46,166 nt of DNA from a phage (GCA_017760785.1 GCA_017760785.1_4320.1), one strand, 5' to 3'; shown: positions 17,038 to 26,657, counted from the stretch's first letter. Notes: generated from the letters alone by a model not told the origin. Made by a program: numbers and translations.

Positions 17038-17330
17038 GTTAACAATCTGGTTTATCGCAGGGCTGATTGCTTGTGCTTACTTCCTAATCGTTTAGATGGG
17101 GATTGCTAAAAAGAGCTTGCATCACTGACTGGAATTATCTAATATTAACCACGTAGACAAACGAGGCCACTAAGTGGCAACGGCGCACGGAGCGCACTAC
17201 ACGGTAAGTCCGTAGCTCATTAAGTAGCGTATGCGGCACACCCTTACGGGACTTGCAAGACCTAGCGCAAATAGGCAGATTAATCGGCTGTATCAGGCAG
17301 CCCCGGAGCCGTAACCGGGACTAATTCAAA

Positions 17331-17408
17331 GCTCCGCTAGCTCAATGGGATAGCAGCAACGACCTTCTAAGTCGTAGGTTGCTGGTTCGAATCCAGTGCG
17401 GAGCGCCA
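17331..17408 (+). tRNA. tRNA-Arg (anticodon TCT)
   Basis: acceptor stem GCTCCGC/GCGGAGC, anticodon stem ACGAC/GTCGT with loop CTTCTAA, T-loop TTCGAAT, 3' GCCA; D-arm atypical. Confidence 0.7.
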
Positions 17409-17508
17409 AAAAACGCCAGATTAGCTATCTGGAAGTCTTCGAGTGCAAGCCGCTGGTTATCCTTGTGGTAATTATGCTTGCAGCGGAGCGCAAATAAAGG
17501 AGTTCATT

Positions 17509-17691
17509 ATGTGGGATGTGAAGTTGTCCATTCGCTTAATGGGCAGAAGTTGCAAAAGTTGCACTCAAGATTACATCGCGTCAGTTGCCGCAATCAGCGC
17601 TGAGGATGCGGTAGCGAAAGTAAAGAGTATGTCTGGCGCTGACCCTGATACTCACAAATTCCTGGTAGCTTACGTTCGTGAGCTAAAGTAA
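17509..17691 (+). CDS. hypothetical small protein
   Basis: ATG 17509 with AAGGAG SD; terminator follows. Confidence 0.4.
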   Translation: MWDVKLSIRLMGRSCKSCTQDYIASVAAISAEDAVAKVKSMSGADPDTHKFLVAYVRELK

Positions 17692-17734
17692 AAAGGGTTA
17701 TACCCTCGTTAAGTTTCGTTTCTCTCGTTGTTTT

Positions 17735-17758
17735 AGCCCTCGCTTGAGGGCTTTTTTT
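17735..17758 (+). terminator. rho-independent terminator before terminase genes
   Basis: AGCCCTC-GCTT-GAGGGCT then TTTTTTT. Confidence 0.7.
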
Positions 17759-17769
17759 CGTCTGCAATA

Positions 17770-17778
17770 TGGTATAAT
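17770..17778 (+). promoter_or_regulatory. TG-extended -10 (TGgTATAAT) without upstream palindrome
   Basis: directly after terminator; before terminase small gene. Confidence 0.4.
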
Positions 17779-17801
17779 CTGACCTCAACAAAGGAGGATT
17801 T

Positions 17802-18308
17802 ATGAGCAAAGCAGCATTAAAGATGGGTGAGGGAAATTTCAAGGCGCTCTACAACAAGAAGTATGGCGATATTGCAATGGTGGCAATCAACCGCAAGTAC
17901 ACGCCGGAAGAAGTGTTTGACTTCGCAGTTAGATACTTCTCCTGGGCAGAGAGTGCAGCAATCAAAGCATCCGAGACAGCGTCATTCCAGGGCGTAGTAA
18001 CTGAACACCTCATACACAAGCCGCGCGTGTTCACATTAACCGGGCTGGCGCTCTTCATGGGTGTTAACATCAATAGATTTGCTCGCTGGCGTAATGAGGC
18101 TGGATACTCTGATGTCATGGAGTTCATTGATAACGTAATCTATGAGCAAAAATATCAGCTTGCCGTTACAGGTATGATAAACTCAACCATCGTTGGTAAA
18201 GAGCTTGGTATTGATAAGCCGCAGGAGATTACCATCAGCAATAACTCTACAGCTAACGACGTTGAAAGCATGAAGGAAGCGCTTGAGTCCGTGATTAGCA
18301 AGCTATAA
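17802..18308 (+). CDS. terminase small subunit (positional)
   Basis: 168-aa ORF directly upstream of large terminase; after terminator and TG-extended -10. Confidence 0.5.
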   Translation: MSKAALKMGEGNFKALYNKKYGDIAMVAINRKYTPEEVFDFAVRYFSWAESAAIKASETASFQGVVTEHLIHKPRVFTLTGLALFMGVNINRFARWRNEAGYSDVMEFIDNVIYEQKYQLAVTGMINSTIVGKELGIDKPQEITISNNSTANDVESMKEALESVISKL

Positions 18309-18326
18309 CAATAAGAGGGTATAACA

Positions 18327-19901
18327 ATGAGTGACGTTTTGGTTTGGGAGGAACTGTCCCAATTAGAGAAGAAAGCCATCAAACTTCTGTCTACGCATAA
18401 CTTCGAGACATTCCTTCGGGTATGGTTCAGCTTGACTCAGGGTCAGAAGTACATAATGAACTGGCATCATAGATACCTATGCCGAATAGTTGACGAAATT
18501 ATAAGCGGGGAGAGAAAGGATACAATCATTAACGTATCGCCAGGCGCCGGTAAAACCGAGATCACATCCATCCACTTTCCAGTTTATAGCTATCTAAAGC
18601 TACCAAAGGTTCGCAACCTTAGCCTGTCATTCTCTGATAGTCTGGTTAAGCGAAACTCTAAGAGAGTGCGTGATCTAATTAAGTGTCAGGAATTTCAGGA
18701 ACTATTCCCAAGCAAGTTTGGTACGTGTAAGGATGATGAGATTCAGGTTCTTGATGATTTAGGTAAGGTCAGGTTTGAATCGATATCAAAAGCTGTTGGA
18801 GGCCAGATTACGGGCTCACGCGGTGGATACATTACCGACACTTACAGTGGCTGCCTGATGCTAGATGACGTAGATAAAGTTGATGATATGCTTAGCAAGG
18901 TTCGCCGAGAGTCGGTACACATGCTACTGAAGAACACCATTCGCTCCCGTAGAGCCAGCTCAGTAAAGGGAAAGGCCACGCCAATCATTTCTATACAGCA
19001 GCGATTGCATGTTAACGATAGCTCCTGGTTCATGGCTGAATCTGGTGGCATGGGGATAGACTTCGATGTGGTGAAGATTCCGGCGATAGTAACCGAGGAT
19101 TACATGGATACGCTTCCTGACTGGTTAAAACCACACTTCGAGGCTGACGTTCTATCTAGCGAGTACATCGAGCGAGATGGGGTTAAATACTACAGTTACT
19201 ACCCGCAGAAGGAATCAATTCACGATTTAATGGCCATGCAGGATGCCGACCCTTATACGTTCGCAAGCCAGTACATGCAAAGCCCTATAGCTCTCGGCGG
19301 CAACATGGTGGATACGGATTGGTTTATCCGTTACGGTGGGGATTTTCGAGCGCCATTGAAGTATGATTACCGATTCATCACCGCTGATACTGCACTTACC
19401 ACGAAGTCATACAGTGACTTTAGCGTATTCCAGTTGTGGGGCGCAAAAGACAGAAAGCTATACCTTCTTGATATGGTTAGGGGTAAGTATGAAGCACCCG
19501 AGCTTGAGGAGACGCTATTGGATTTTGAAGCAAAAGCAAGAGCCACAAGTCGAGAGGAGGGTATTCTTCGGAAGGTAATCATCGAGAAGAAAGCGTCTGG
19601 TATCGGTCTGATTCAATCTGCGAGCAGGGTTATGCGCACGCCTATTGAGCCATTCATACCAGATACAGACAAGGTTACGCGAGTGCTATCGGCGATGCCT
19701 CAGATTAAGGCTGGCAATGTCATGATTCCAGAATCAGCGCCGTGGATGAGCGCATTCATCTCTGAGTTTTCAGCATTTACAGCAGACATGAGTCACCGCC
19801 ACGACGATATAGTGGATACGACAACTATGGCAATCAACTGCGAACTAAACCTTGCAGACGACCCTAAATCAAGGATGTTACGCCTCGCAGGAATTAAATA
19901 A
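18327..19901 (+). CDS. terminase large subunit
   Basis: 524 aa; ATPase then nuclease-like acidic motifs; position before portal. Confidence 0.8.
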   Translation: MSDVLVWEELSQLEKKAIKLLSTHNFETFLRVWFSLTQGQKYIMNWHHRYLCRIVDEIISGERKDTIINVSPGAGKTEITSIHFPVYSYLKLPKVRNLSLSFSDSLVKRNSKRVRDLIKCQEFQELFPSKFGTCKDDEIQVLDDLGKVRFESISKAVGGQITGSRGGYITDTYSGCLMLDDVDKVDDMLSKVRRESVHMLLKNTIRSRRASSVKGKATPIISIQQRLHVNDSSWFMAESGGMGIDFDVVKIPAIVTEDYMDTLPDWLKPHFEADVLSSEYIERDGVKYYSYYPQKESIHDLMAMQDADPYTFASQYMQSPIALGGNMVDTDWFIRYGGDFRAPLKYDYRFITADTALTTKSYSDFSVFQLWGAKDRKLYLLDMVRGKYEAPELEETLLDFEAKARATSREEGILRKVIIEKKASGIGLIQSASRVMRTPIEPFIPDTDKVTRVLSAMPQIKAGNVMIPESAPWMSAFISEFSAFTADMSHRHDDIVDTTTMAINCELNLADDPKSRMLRLAGIK

Positions 19902-19913
19902 GCGTGATAAACT

Positions 19914-19937
19914 AGCCCCTACATGGGGCTTTTTATT
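19914..19937 (+). terminator. hairpin with U-tract between terminase large and portal genes
   Basis: AGCCCC-TACAT-GGGGCT then TTTTTATT. Confidence 0.55.
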
Positions 19938-19947
19938 GGAGAAAAAC

Positions 19948-21201
19948 ATGGTCAAGAAAGACAGCTACGCCAATATCTTTCTAGGCGGCAGTGATGGTAG
20001 TGAGATTTACGGGAGCTTGCAGAGCCAAGCCCCTACAATTCTGGCTTCGCTTTATGCGGATAATGCGCTGGTGCGTCGAATCATTGATACAATCCCAGAA
20101 ACGGCATTGGCGGCAGGTTTTCACATTGACGGAATTGATGACGAGCCAGAATTCTGGTCTCGCTGGGACTACCTCGAACTAACAAAGCACATCAATGAAG
20201 CCTGGTCGTGGGCTAGATTGTTCGGGGGTTCTGCAATTGTTGCTATCGTTAAGGACAATAGGGCATTAACAAGTCCAGTCAGGGAAGGTGCTGAACTTGA
20301 AACTGTACGCGTTTACGACCGTACACAAGTAAAAGTCCAAACTCGCGAGGAGAATCCACGCAACGCACGTTTTGGCAAGCCTCTGACCTATCGCATCACC
20401 ACTAATGAGAACGATATGTTCTACGATGTGCATTATAGCCGCATTCACATCATCGACGGGGAGCGAGTTCCTAACGCAATGCGTCGGCAGAATGAAGGCT
20501 GGGGCCGCAGCGTTCTATCAAGTGACATTCTTGACTCAATCAAGGATTACACCAACTGCGAGCGGCTGGCGACTCAGTTACTCAAGCGTAAGCAACAGGC
20601 AGTATGGAAGGCTAAAGGGTTGGCTGAGCTGTGTGATGACAGCGAAGGATTTGGCGCTGCTCGATTACGACTCGCTCAGGTTGATAACAATAGCGGCGTT
20701 GGTCAGGCTATTGGGATTGACGCGGAATCGGAAGAATACAGTGTTCTTAACTCTGATATTGGCGGGATTGATGCGTTCCTGGATAAGAAGTTCGATAGAA
20801 TCGTTGCACTGAGCGGTATCCATGAAATTATCCTGAAGAACAAGAACGTTGGCGGCGTATCTTCAAGCCAGAATACAGCGCTCGAGACATTCCATAAGCT
20901 AGTCGATAGGAAGCGTAACGCTGAACTACTGCCGATTCTCGGGTTTCTGATTCCGTTCATTTCAGACGAGCAAGAATGGTCAGTTGAGTTTAATCCATTA
21001 GCCCAGGAGTCGAGCAAGGATAAAGCTGAGATCCTTGAGAAGAACGTAAACAGCATTGCGACACTAATTGCATCTGGCGCTATGGATACTAACGAGGCGC
21101 GTGATACACTACGAACTATCGCACCAGAGATTAAGATTGGGGATGGTGGTATTGAGGCCGCACAACAAGAACCAGCAGAGGAGGTTGTAATTAATGAGTA
21201 A
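19948..21201 (+). CDS. portal protein
   Basis: size and position; ATG 19948 after hairpin (track start lies in TerL tail). Confidence 0.75.
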   Translation: MVKKDSYANIFLGGSDGSEIYGSLQSQAPTILASLYADNALVRRIIDTIPETALAAGFHIDGIDDEPEFWSRWDYLELTKHINEAWSWARLFGGSAIVAIVKDNRALTSPVREGAELETVRVYDRTQVKVQTREENPRNARFGKPLTYRITTNENDMFYDVHYSRIHIIDGERVPNAMRRQNEGWGRSVLSSDILDSIKDYTNCERLATQLLKRKQQAVWKAKGLAELCDDSEGFGAARLRLAQVDNNSGVGQAIGIDAESEEYSVLNSDIGGIDAFLDKKFDRIVALSGIHEIILKNKNVGGVSSSQNTALETFHKLVDRKRNAELLPILGFLIPFISDEQEWSVEFNPLAQESSKDKAEILEKNVNSIATLIASGAMDTNEARDTLRTIAPEIKIGDGGIEAAQQEPAEEVVINE

Positions 21202-22282
21202 AATCCGCTATGACAGCGCAAAGGTGAAAGCTAGATTTGATGAAAACGGCTTTCTGGTTGATACCCCTATTGTTGCACGCGTCGGGGTGCAAAACTACTA
21301 CCTTCCAGATGGCACAGAACGAAGAGAATTTAGACCAGCCTCAGAGGTCTTTAAGCCTGATTCTCTGGCTAGTTATCAGGGCAAGCCAATTACATTAGGT
21401 CATGTGTTTGTTAACTCAGATAATGCCAAAGAAGTCGTTGTAGGTGCAGTATCTGGCTCGGCTATGCGTGAAGATTCAAATGTGATTGTTCCACTAACTG
21501 TTTACGACAAGGAATCAATTGAGAAGGCCAAAAATGGCATTGCTGGTGAGTTGTCAGTAGGCTACACCACTATTGATGTTGAGTCTAAGGGCTGGGGTAG
21601 TAACGAAACTGGTGAGTATAAGCTGGATGGTGAGTATCAATCACAGGATGAAATTCCCTCTGACTGGGTTAGATTCGATGCGTTGCAAACTGAAATTAAA
21701 GTAAACCATGTCGCGCTGGTATACAAAGGAAGGGCTCAAGTAGCAAAGTTAAATTTTGACGCTCAACAGGAAAACCCGTATACTACTGACGTTGATATCA
21801 ATAAAGAGGATAAACAGGAAATGATTAAGATTAAACTCGACGGCGCACAGGAATTCGAAGTCGCTCCGGAAATCGCTTCACACATCGAAGCACTGAACGC
21901 AAAGGCCGACACCGCAATCGCTGAGCGCGACTCACTGAAAGCTAAAGTAGATGCAATGCCTGCTGAAATCGAGGCTGCTGTGGCTAAAGCGAAAGCTGAT
22001 GCTGATGCCCTGGCTGCTCTGGTAGCTGTCGCTGCTGAAGCTGGTGTCAAGGCTGACGGTCTGGATGCTAAAGGTATTAAAGTTGCCTACGTTAAAGAAA
22101 TCTCCGGCCTTGATGTTAGTGAGAAATCTGACGCGTACATCGACGCGGCGTTCGACATTGCCAAAGAATCTGATAAAATGGCTGAAGTACGTAAAGCAAC
22201 TACCGCTTCCGACAAATCTGACAGCGCCGATGAGCCCAAGAAATTAGACCCGCGTGCTCGTTTAGCTAAAATTAAGAAATAA
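21194..22282 (+). CDS. prohead scaffold/protease-like protein
   Basis: position; C-terminal Ala/Lys-rich coiled-coil region. Confidence 0.6.
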   Translation: MSKIRYDSAKVKARFDENGFLVDTPIVARVGVQNYYLPDGTERREFRPASEVFKPDSLASYQGKPITLGHVFVNSDNAKEVVVGAVSGSAMREDSNVIVPLTVYDKESIEKAKNGIAGELSVGYTTIDVESKGWGSNETGEYKLDGEYQSQDEIPSDWVRFDALQTEIKVNHVALVYKGRAQVAKLNFDAQQENPYTTDVDINKEDKQEMIKIKLDGAQEFEVAPEIASHIEALNAKADTAIAERDSLKAKVDAMPAEIEAAVAKAKADADALAALVAVAAEAGVKADGLDAKGIKVAYVKEISGLDVSEKSDAYIDAAFDIAKESDKMAEVRKATTASDKSDSADEPKKLDPRARLAKIKK

Positions 22283-22294
22283 GGAGTTATAAAC

Positions 22295-22804
22295 ATGGCA
22301 ATTCGTTCCGTAGCACTGGCTGGTATGGTTTCTGATACTTCTCTGTATAACATCGACGGCGCTTGCGTGGTTGGCGGCAGCGATGCAATTCCGGTTGGTA
22401 CTGTTGTTGGCGTAACAGCCGCTCAGCCTGTAGATGGTCACAAGGTTGTTGGCCTTCCTGCCATAACTGGCACGGCAGTTAAACCTTATGGTGTTGTAGT
22501 TAAGTCTCATTACGAGACCCCAGATGGCACCGCTCGCGTAAATGAAGCAGTTAACGTAATGACTCATGGTCGCATCTGGGTGCGCACAACTCTATCAGAT
22601 GCGCCAGTTTTTGGTAGCAAGGTTTTCGTAAACGCAAGCGGCGTCGTTGTCGGAAAAGCGGCAGGCACTACTTGGGATACTGGTTTTACATTTGCTGGTG
22701 GTTACATCGCAAACACTGGCACAGACCCACAAAACCTGAGCGTTGATGGCGCACTGGTTGAAGTCCAGCTTATTCAATCCGCAGACTCAACTGTTGCAGC
22801 TTAA
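22295..22804 (+). CDS. putative capsid-associated (decoration-like) protein
   Basis: 169-aa Gly/Val-rich ORF between scaffold and major capsid genes; terminator follows. Confidence 0.4.
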   Translation: MAIRSVALAGMVSDTSLYNIDGACVVGGSDAIPVGTVVGVTAAQPVDGHKVVGLPAITGTAVKPYGVVVKSHYETPDGTARVNEAVNVMTHGRIWVRTTLSDAPVFGSKVFVNASGVVVGKAAGTTWDTGFTFAGGYIANTGTDPQNLSVDGALVEVQLIQSADSTVAA

Positions 22805-22820
22805 TAATTAAGACATATAA

Positions 22821-22844
22821 AGCCTCCTTCGGGAGGTTTTTTAT
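22821..22844 (+). terminator. rho-independent terminator
   Basis: CCTCC-TTCG-GGAGG then TTTTTT. Confidence 0.7.
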
Positions 22845-22882
22845 TGCCCGCCATCCCACCATTGCGCGGGCCAAAAACTCGT

Positions 22883-22888
22883 GTATAA
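22883..22888 (+). promoter_or_regulatory. -10 hexamer TATAAT before major capsid gene
   Basis: between terminator 22821-22844 and capsid ATG. Confidence 0.35.
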
Positions 22889-22927
22889 TGAACCCGTATA
22901 CACCTAACTGAAAAGGAACAATAAAGA

Positions 22928-23872
22928 ATGGCCATTAAATTTGATGCAGAACAAGCAAAAATCACTGCTCACCTCGAGCAAATGGGCGTAGAGAAAGCAG
23001 ATGCCGCTGGTATCTGGACCGTTAAGCAACTTACAGCTACTCTTAATCGTGCTTACGAAAAAGAATATGCAGACAACTCTGTTGTTAATATCTTCCCTGT
23101 AACCAATGAAATCCCTGGCCACGCGAAGTATTTCGAATATCCAGAGTTTGATGGCGTTGGCATTGCGCAGATTATCGCTGATTACTCTGACGACTTGCCG
23201 CTGGTTGATGCTTTTATGACAGAAAAACAAGGTAAAGTGTTCCGTTTCGGTAACGCATTCCTGATCTCTACTGATGAAATCAAAGCAGGCGCAGCAACTG
23301 GCCAGTCACTGTCAACTCGCAAACAGGAACTTGCTTTCGAAGCGCACGACAACCTGTTGGACAAGCTGGTTTGGTCTGGCTCCGCTCCGCACGGTATTGT
23401 AAGCGTATTCGACCAGCCGAACATCAACAACGTTGTTGCAACTCCAAACTGGAGTTTGCCGCAGAACGCAATTAATGACGTCACTGCGATGATCGATGCA
23501 GTTGAGACTTCAACTCAGGGCTTCCATCATGTGACTGACATTCTGCTTCCGGCTTCTGCTCGTCGAGTGATGCAGCAACTGGTTCCGCAGACAAACCTGA
23601 GTTACGGTGAACTGTTCACTCGTAACAACCCAGGTCTGACTATTCGTTTCTTGCAGTTCCTGGACAACTACGACGGCGCAGGTGGCAAGGCCGCTCTGGC
23701 GTTCGAGAAAAATCCACTGAACGCAAGTATCGAGATTCCAGAAGCTACTAACGTTCTTCCGGGCCAAGTGAAGGATTTACATATCAAATACCCCGTAACT
23801 TCCAAATCGACAGGCTTGGTAATTTACAGACCTTTAACATTTGCAGTTATCAAAGGCATCACATTCCAGTAA
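22928..23872 (+). CDS. major capsid protein
   Basis: 314 aa; own -10 and flanking terminators; position. Confidence 0.75.
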   Translation: MAIKFDAEQAKITAHLEQMGVEKADAAGIWTVKQLTATLNRAYEKEYADNSVVNIFPVTNEIPGHAKYFEYPEFDGVGIAQIIADYSDDLPLVDAFMTEKQGKVFRFGNAFLISTDEIKAGAATGQSLSTRKQELAFEAHDNLLDKLVWSGSAPHGIVSVFDQPNINNVVATPNWSLPQNAINDVTAMIDAVETSTQGFHHVTDILLPASARRVMQQLVPQTNLSYGELFTRNNPGLTIRFLQFLDNYDGAGGKAALAFEKNPLNASIEIPEATNVLPGQVKDLHIKYPVTSKSTGLVIYRPLTFAVIKGITFQ

Positions 23873-23878
23873 TAAACC

Positions 23879-23900
23879 GCCCTCTTAGGAGGGCTTTTTT
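23879..23900 (+). terminator. rho-independent terminator after major capsid gene
   Basis: GCCCTC-TTAG-GAGGGC then TTTTTT. Confidence 0.75.
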
Positions 23901-23964
23901 ACGTCTGTACCAAATGGATTTGTTGAGTTATAATCACTCAATCAGATAAACAAAGGAGACAAAA

Positions 23965-24210
23965 ATGATTCGCTTAGAACACACTGGCGCTTGCCTTATC
24001 GTTTACAAAGGTGAGAAATATTTACCTGGTGACACTTTCGAGGTTGATGTAATTTGCGACGGCCTTAAGCGCTTAATCGCAGAAGGTAAGCTCGCTATTG
24101 AGGGTGACTTCAAAGCAACCAAGCAAATCGCGCAAGAAGTTGTTAGTAAGAAAAAGCGCAAAGAACCGAAAACCATCTCCGAAGCTGAGACTGGTAACGA
24201 GTACAAATAA
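23965..24210 (+). CDS. hypothetical protein, insulated transcription unit
   Basis: 81-aa ORF bracketed by terminators with own -10. Confidence 0.4.
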   Translation: MIRLEHTGACLIVYKGEKYLPGDTFEVDVICDGLKRLIAEGKLAIEGDFKATKQIAQEVVSKKKRKEPKTISEAETGNEYK

Positions 24211-24213
24211 CAA

Positions 24214-24238
24214 ATAGGGCGCTTCGGCGTCCTTTATT
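24214..24238 (+). terminator. probable terminator
   Basis: AGGGCGC-TTCG-GCGTCCT (one G-U) then TTTATT. Confidence 0.5.
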
Positions 24239-24251
24239 GTATGGAGCTAAT

Positions 24252-24359
24252 ATGTTGTTATTTTTAGCAGTTATGTCACTACTACTATTCATCCCGCTAT
24301 CATTGGTTGGTCTGATTCTTCTCATTGGATTCATTAAAGGCGGGGATTACTGGAGGTAA
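24252..24359 (+). CDS. 35-aa single-TM hydrophobic peptide
   Basis: hand-translated MLLFLAVMSLLLFIPLSLVGLILLIGFIKGGDYWR; GGAG SD. Confidence 0.3.
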   Translation: MLLFLAVMSLLLFIPLSLVGLILLIGFIKGGDYWR

Positions 24360-24360
24360 T

Positions 24361-24762
24361 ATGAATGATGCAATTTTGGCGTTTATGCGCTCGCTTGTTC
24401 CTGCTCTCAAAGTAGTGGATGACGAATCAATTAATGTATGGATTGATTTGGCACGTCTATACGTATGCGAAAGCAAGTTTGGCGCAGACAAAGATAAGGC
24501 TGTTGGCCTTTATGCACTACACCTGATGCTTGCTGATGGCGCATTTAAGGGAGAGAGTGAAGGGCTTGAAACATACAGTCGTAGAATGGCGAGTTATGCA
24601 CTGAGCGGTGAGTTCTCTATCACCTATGATAACCAATCAGCAATCCAGGGTGATTTGCCATCTTCCTCCTGGGGCCGTATGTATAAGGCACTTCTCCGCA
24701 AGAAAGGTGGCGGCTTCGGTTTAATTACTTCCGCCGGTGGCGGTGGGTGTGGTTGCCGATGA
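24361..24762 (+). CDS. head-tail connector/head completion protein (positional)
   Basis: ATG 24361 with GGAGGT SD; position. Confidence 0.5.
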   Translation: MNDAILAFMRSLVPALKVVDDESINVWIDLARLYVCESKFGADKDKAVGLYALHLMLADGAFKGESEGLETYSRRMASYALSGEFSITYDNQSAIQGDLPSSSWGRMYKALLRKKGGGFGLITSAGGGGCGCR

Positions 24763-25130
24763 ACTACAACGAAATAGAATCAATCACTCGCGCTGGCATT
24801 AATTTCTTTAGTGATGCCAATGGCGTTTACGAGATGAGCACTGGCGCTGGATATGTTGAAATCGTTAACGGCGTTGAGGTTGAAGTGCCAGCACAAACAT
24901 TCCAGCTAAAAGGCTTGGTGCGAGAAATAAAGACGCGAGATATCGATGGCGAGTTTATCCAGTTTGGCGATAAGCGTGGAATCTTCACGGCACAGGTAGA
25001 AATCAAGCAGGGTTATCAGATTAAAGTTGATGGCGAGACCTTCGTTGTTGTTGACCCGCAACCTGTTAAACCAACTGGTACAGTTGTTGGATATAGACCA
25101 ATTCTTCGTAGGGTGGCTACTTATGGCTAG
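24747..25130 (+). CDS. head-tail joining protein (positional)
   Basis: 127-aa ORF overlapping neighbours. Confidence 0.5.
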   Translation: MWLPMNYNEIESITRAGINFFSDANGVYEMSTGAGYVEIVNGVEVEVPAQTFQLKGLVREIKTRDIDGEFIQFGDKRGIFTAQVEIKQGYQIKVDGETFVVVDPQPVKPTGTVVGYRPILRRVATYG

Positions 25131-25560
25131 AAATATTGGAAGTGTTGCTACTTTTGAGAAATCCATTGCTGACTGGATTGATAGAGCGGATAAGGGCTTT
25201 GAAATTGTAGTGGCAAATACGGTAACTAAAGCAGCCAACGCAATTGTTGACCTTTCTCCTGTCGACACTGGTAGGTTCAAAGCTAACTGGCAAATCACCG
25301 CAAATTCACCAGCCCAACAATCACTGAACGAATACGATCAGACTGGTGGGCAGACGAAAACATATCTCGCCAGGCAGGCCAGGGCAGTTGCTAATTCAAA
25401 GGCCACTAGTGTTATTTATATCACTAACAGACTTGATTACGCAGCAGACCTTGAGTACGGGGCTTCAAATCAGGCTCCAGCTGGCGTTTTAGGCGTTGTT
25501 CAGGCAAGGTTGGGTAGGTATTTCCAGGAAGCGGTAGAGGGGGCTCGTCGTGCAATATGA
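25123..25560 (+). CDS. neck/tail completion protein (positional)
   Basis: ATG 25123 overlapping previous stop. Confidence 0.5.
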   Translation: MARNIGSVATFEKSIADWIDRADKGFEIVVANTVTKAANAIVDLSPVDTGRFKANWQITANSPAQQSLNEYDQTGGQTKTYLARQARAVANSKATSVIYITNRLDYAADLEYGASNQAPAGVLGVVQARLGRYFQEAVEGARRAI

Positions 25561-25951
25561 ATTATCATTAGCAGCAAGGAAATTCGTCAACGATTTGTTG
25601 GTGAATGAATTCCCGGTAAGATATCCAGTTGCGTGGGAGAACGCTAAGTTTACTCCTCCGGTCGATGGAACAATCTGGCTTAAGTACGACTATACTGAGG
25701 TTGATACTGTAACCTACGGATTAAGCAGGAAGTGCAAATACTACGTAGGCATGGTGCAGATCTCTGTTTTCTTCAGCCCTGGAACTGGAATTGACAGACC
25801 CAGACAAATCGCTAATAAATTGGCAGAATCTATCGTTGATGGTACAATGCTTGACAGCGGGACCATTTATGAGTCTGGAGTTGTTAACCCCGTTATCAAA
25901 TCCAAGTCTGGGTGGTTTATCCCGGTTCGTTTTTATATTCGTCTAGACTAA
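25550..25951 (+). CDS. tail terminator-like protein (positional)
   Basis: 133-aa ORF immediately before major tail gene. Confidence 0.5.
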   Translation: MQYELSLAARKFVNDLLVNEFPVRYPVAWENAKFTPPVDGTIWLKYDYTEVDTVTYGLSRKCKYYVGMVQISVFFSPGTGIDRPRQIANKLAESIVDGTMLDSGTIYESGVVNPVIKSKSGWFIPVRFYIRLD

Positions 25952-25966
25952 CAAAAGGAAAAATAC

Positions 25967-26617
25967 ATGGCTCACTTATCAAACGGCACCCAGGTGTTCG
26001 TAGAAGGCTCTCGCGGAGACGCAATTGACGTAACTGCAATTTCCAACGCAGCTAACCCAGTTTTAACTGTATCCGACGCGTCTGATTTGGCTGTAGGTGA
26101 TTACCTGCTCTTCACCTCCTCATCCTCTACGTTCCTGGTTGACAAGCAGGTCAGAATTACTGCGCTTACTGGTACGGCGGCTACTGTTGAGGGTATCGAC
26201 ACCTCCAACGCCACTAAGTTCCCATCTAGTTTAACTGGTGAGGTCGTTAAGATCACGTCCTGGTTCGAGATTCCATGTGTTCAGGACGTATCTACGGACG
26301 GCGGCGAGCAGCAATTCGTTAGCCTCCAGTGTCTTTCAGATGACCGCGAGCAGCAGATTCCAACTTATAAATCTGCCGTAACAAATACATTCACCTTTGC
26401 TCACGAGTACACTAACCCGGTCTATCCTGTTCTGCGTAACTACGATGAATCTGGCCGGGTTGTTGCGATTCGTCTGTTCGTACCTCGCGCTCAGGAAATG
26501 CGTTTACAGTCCGGCACTATCTCTTTCAACGACACCCCTACCATTGGTGTTAACGAAATCGAAACAGTATCCATCGCGGTATCTATTCGCGGCCGACTGT
26601 CCTCTGTGGCAGCTTAA
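25967..26617 (+). CDS. major tail protein
   Basis: 216 aa; position before chaperone genes; terminator follows. Confidence 0.6.
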   Translation: MAHLSNGTQVFVEGSRGDAIDVTAISNAANPVLTVSDASDLAVGDYLLFTSSSSTFLVDKQVRITALTGTAATVEGIDTSNATKFPSSLTGEVVKITSWFEIPCVQDVSTDGGEQQFVSLQCLSDDREQQIPTYKSAVTNTFTFAHEYTNPVYPVLRNYDESGRVVAIRLFVPRAQEMRLQSGTISFNDTPTIGVNEIETVSIAVSIRGRLSSVAA

Positions 26618-26629
26618 GTTTAAAGCACA

Positions 26630-26652
26630 AACCCTCTTCGGAGGGTTTTTTA
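26630..26652 (+). terminator. rho-independent terminator after major tail gene
   Basis: CCCTC-TTCG-GAGGG then TTTTTTATT. Confidence 0.75.
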
Positions 26653-26657
26653 TTGCG

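Noticed and set aside
17100-17330. Second tRNA upstream of tRNA-Arg
   Set aside because: No cloverleaf with paired acceptor stem and T-loop could be folded by eye; kept only as a note within the tRNA finding.
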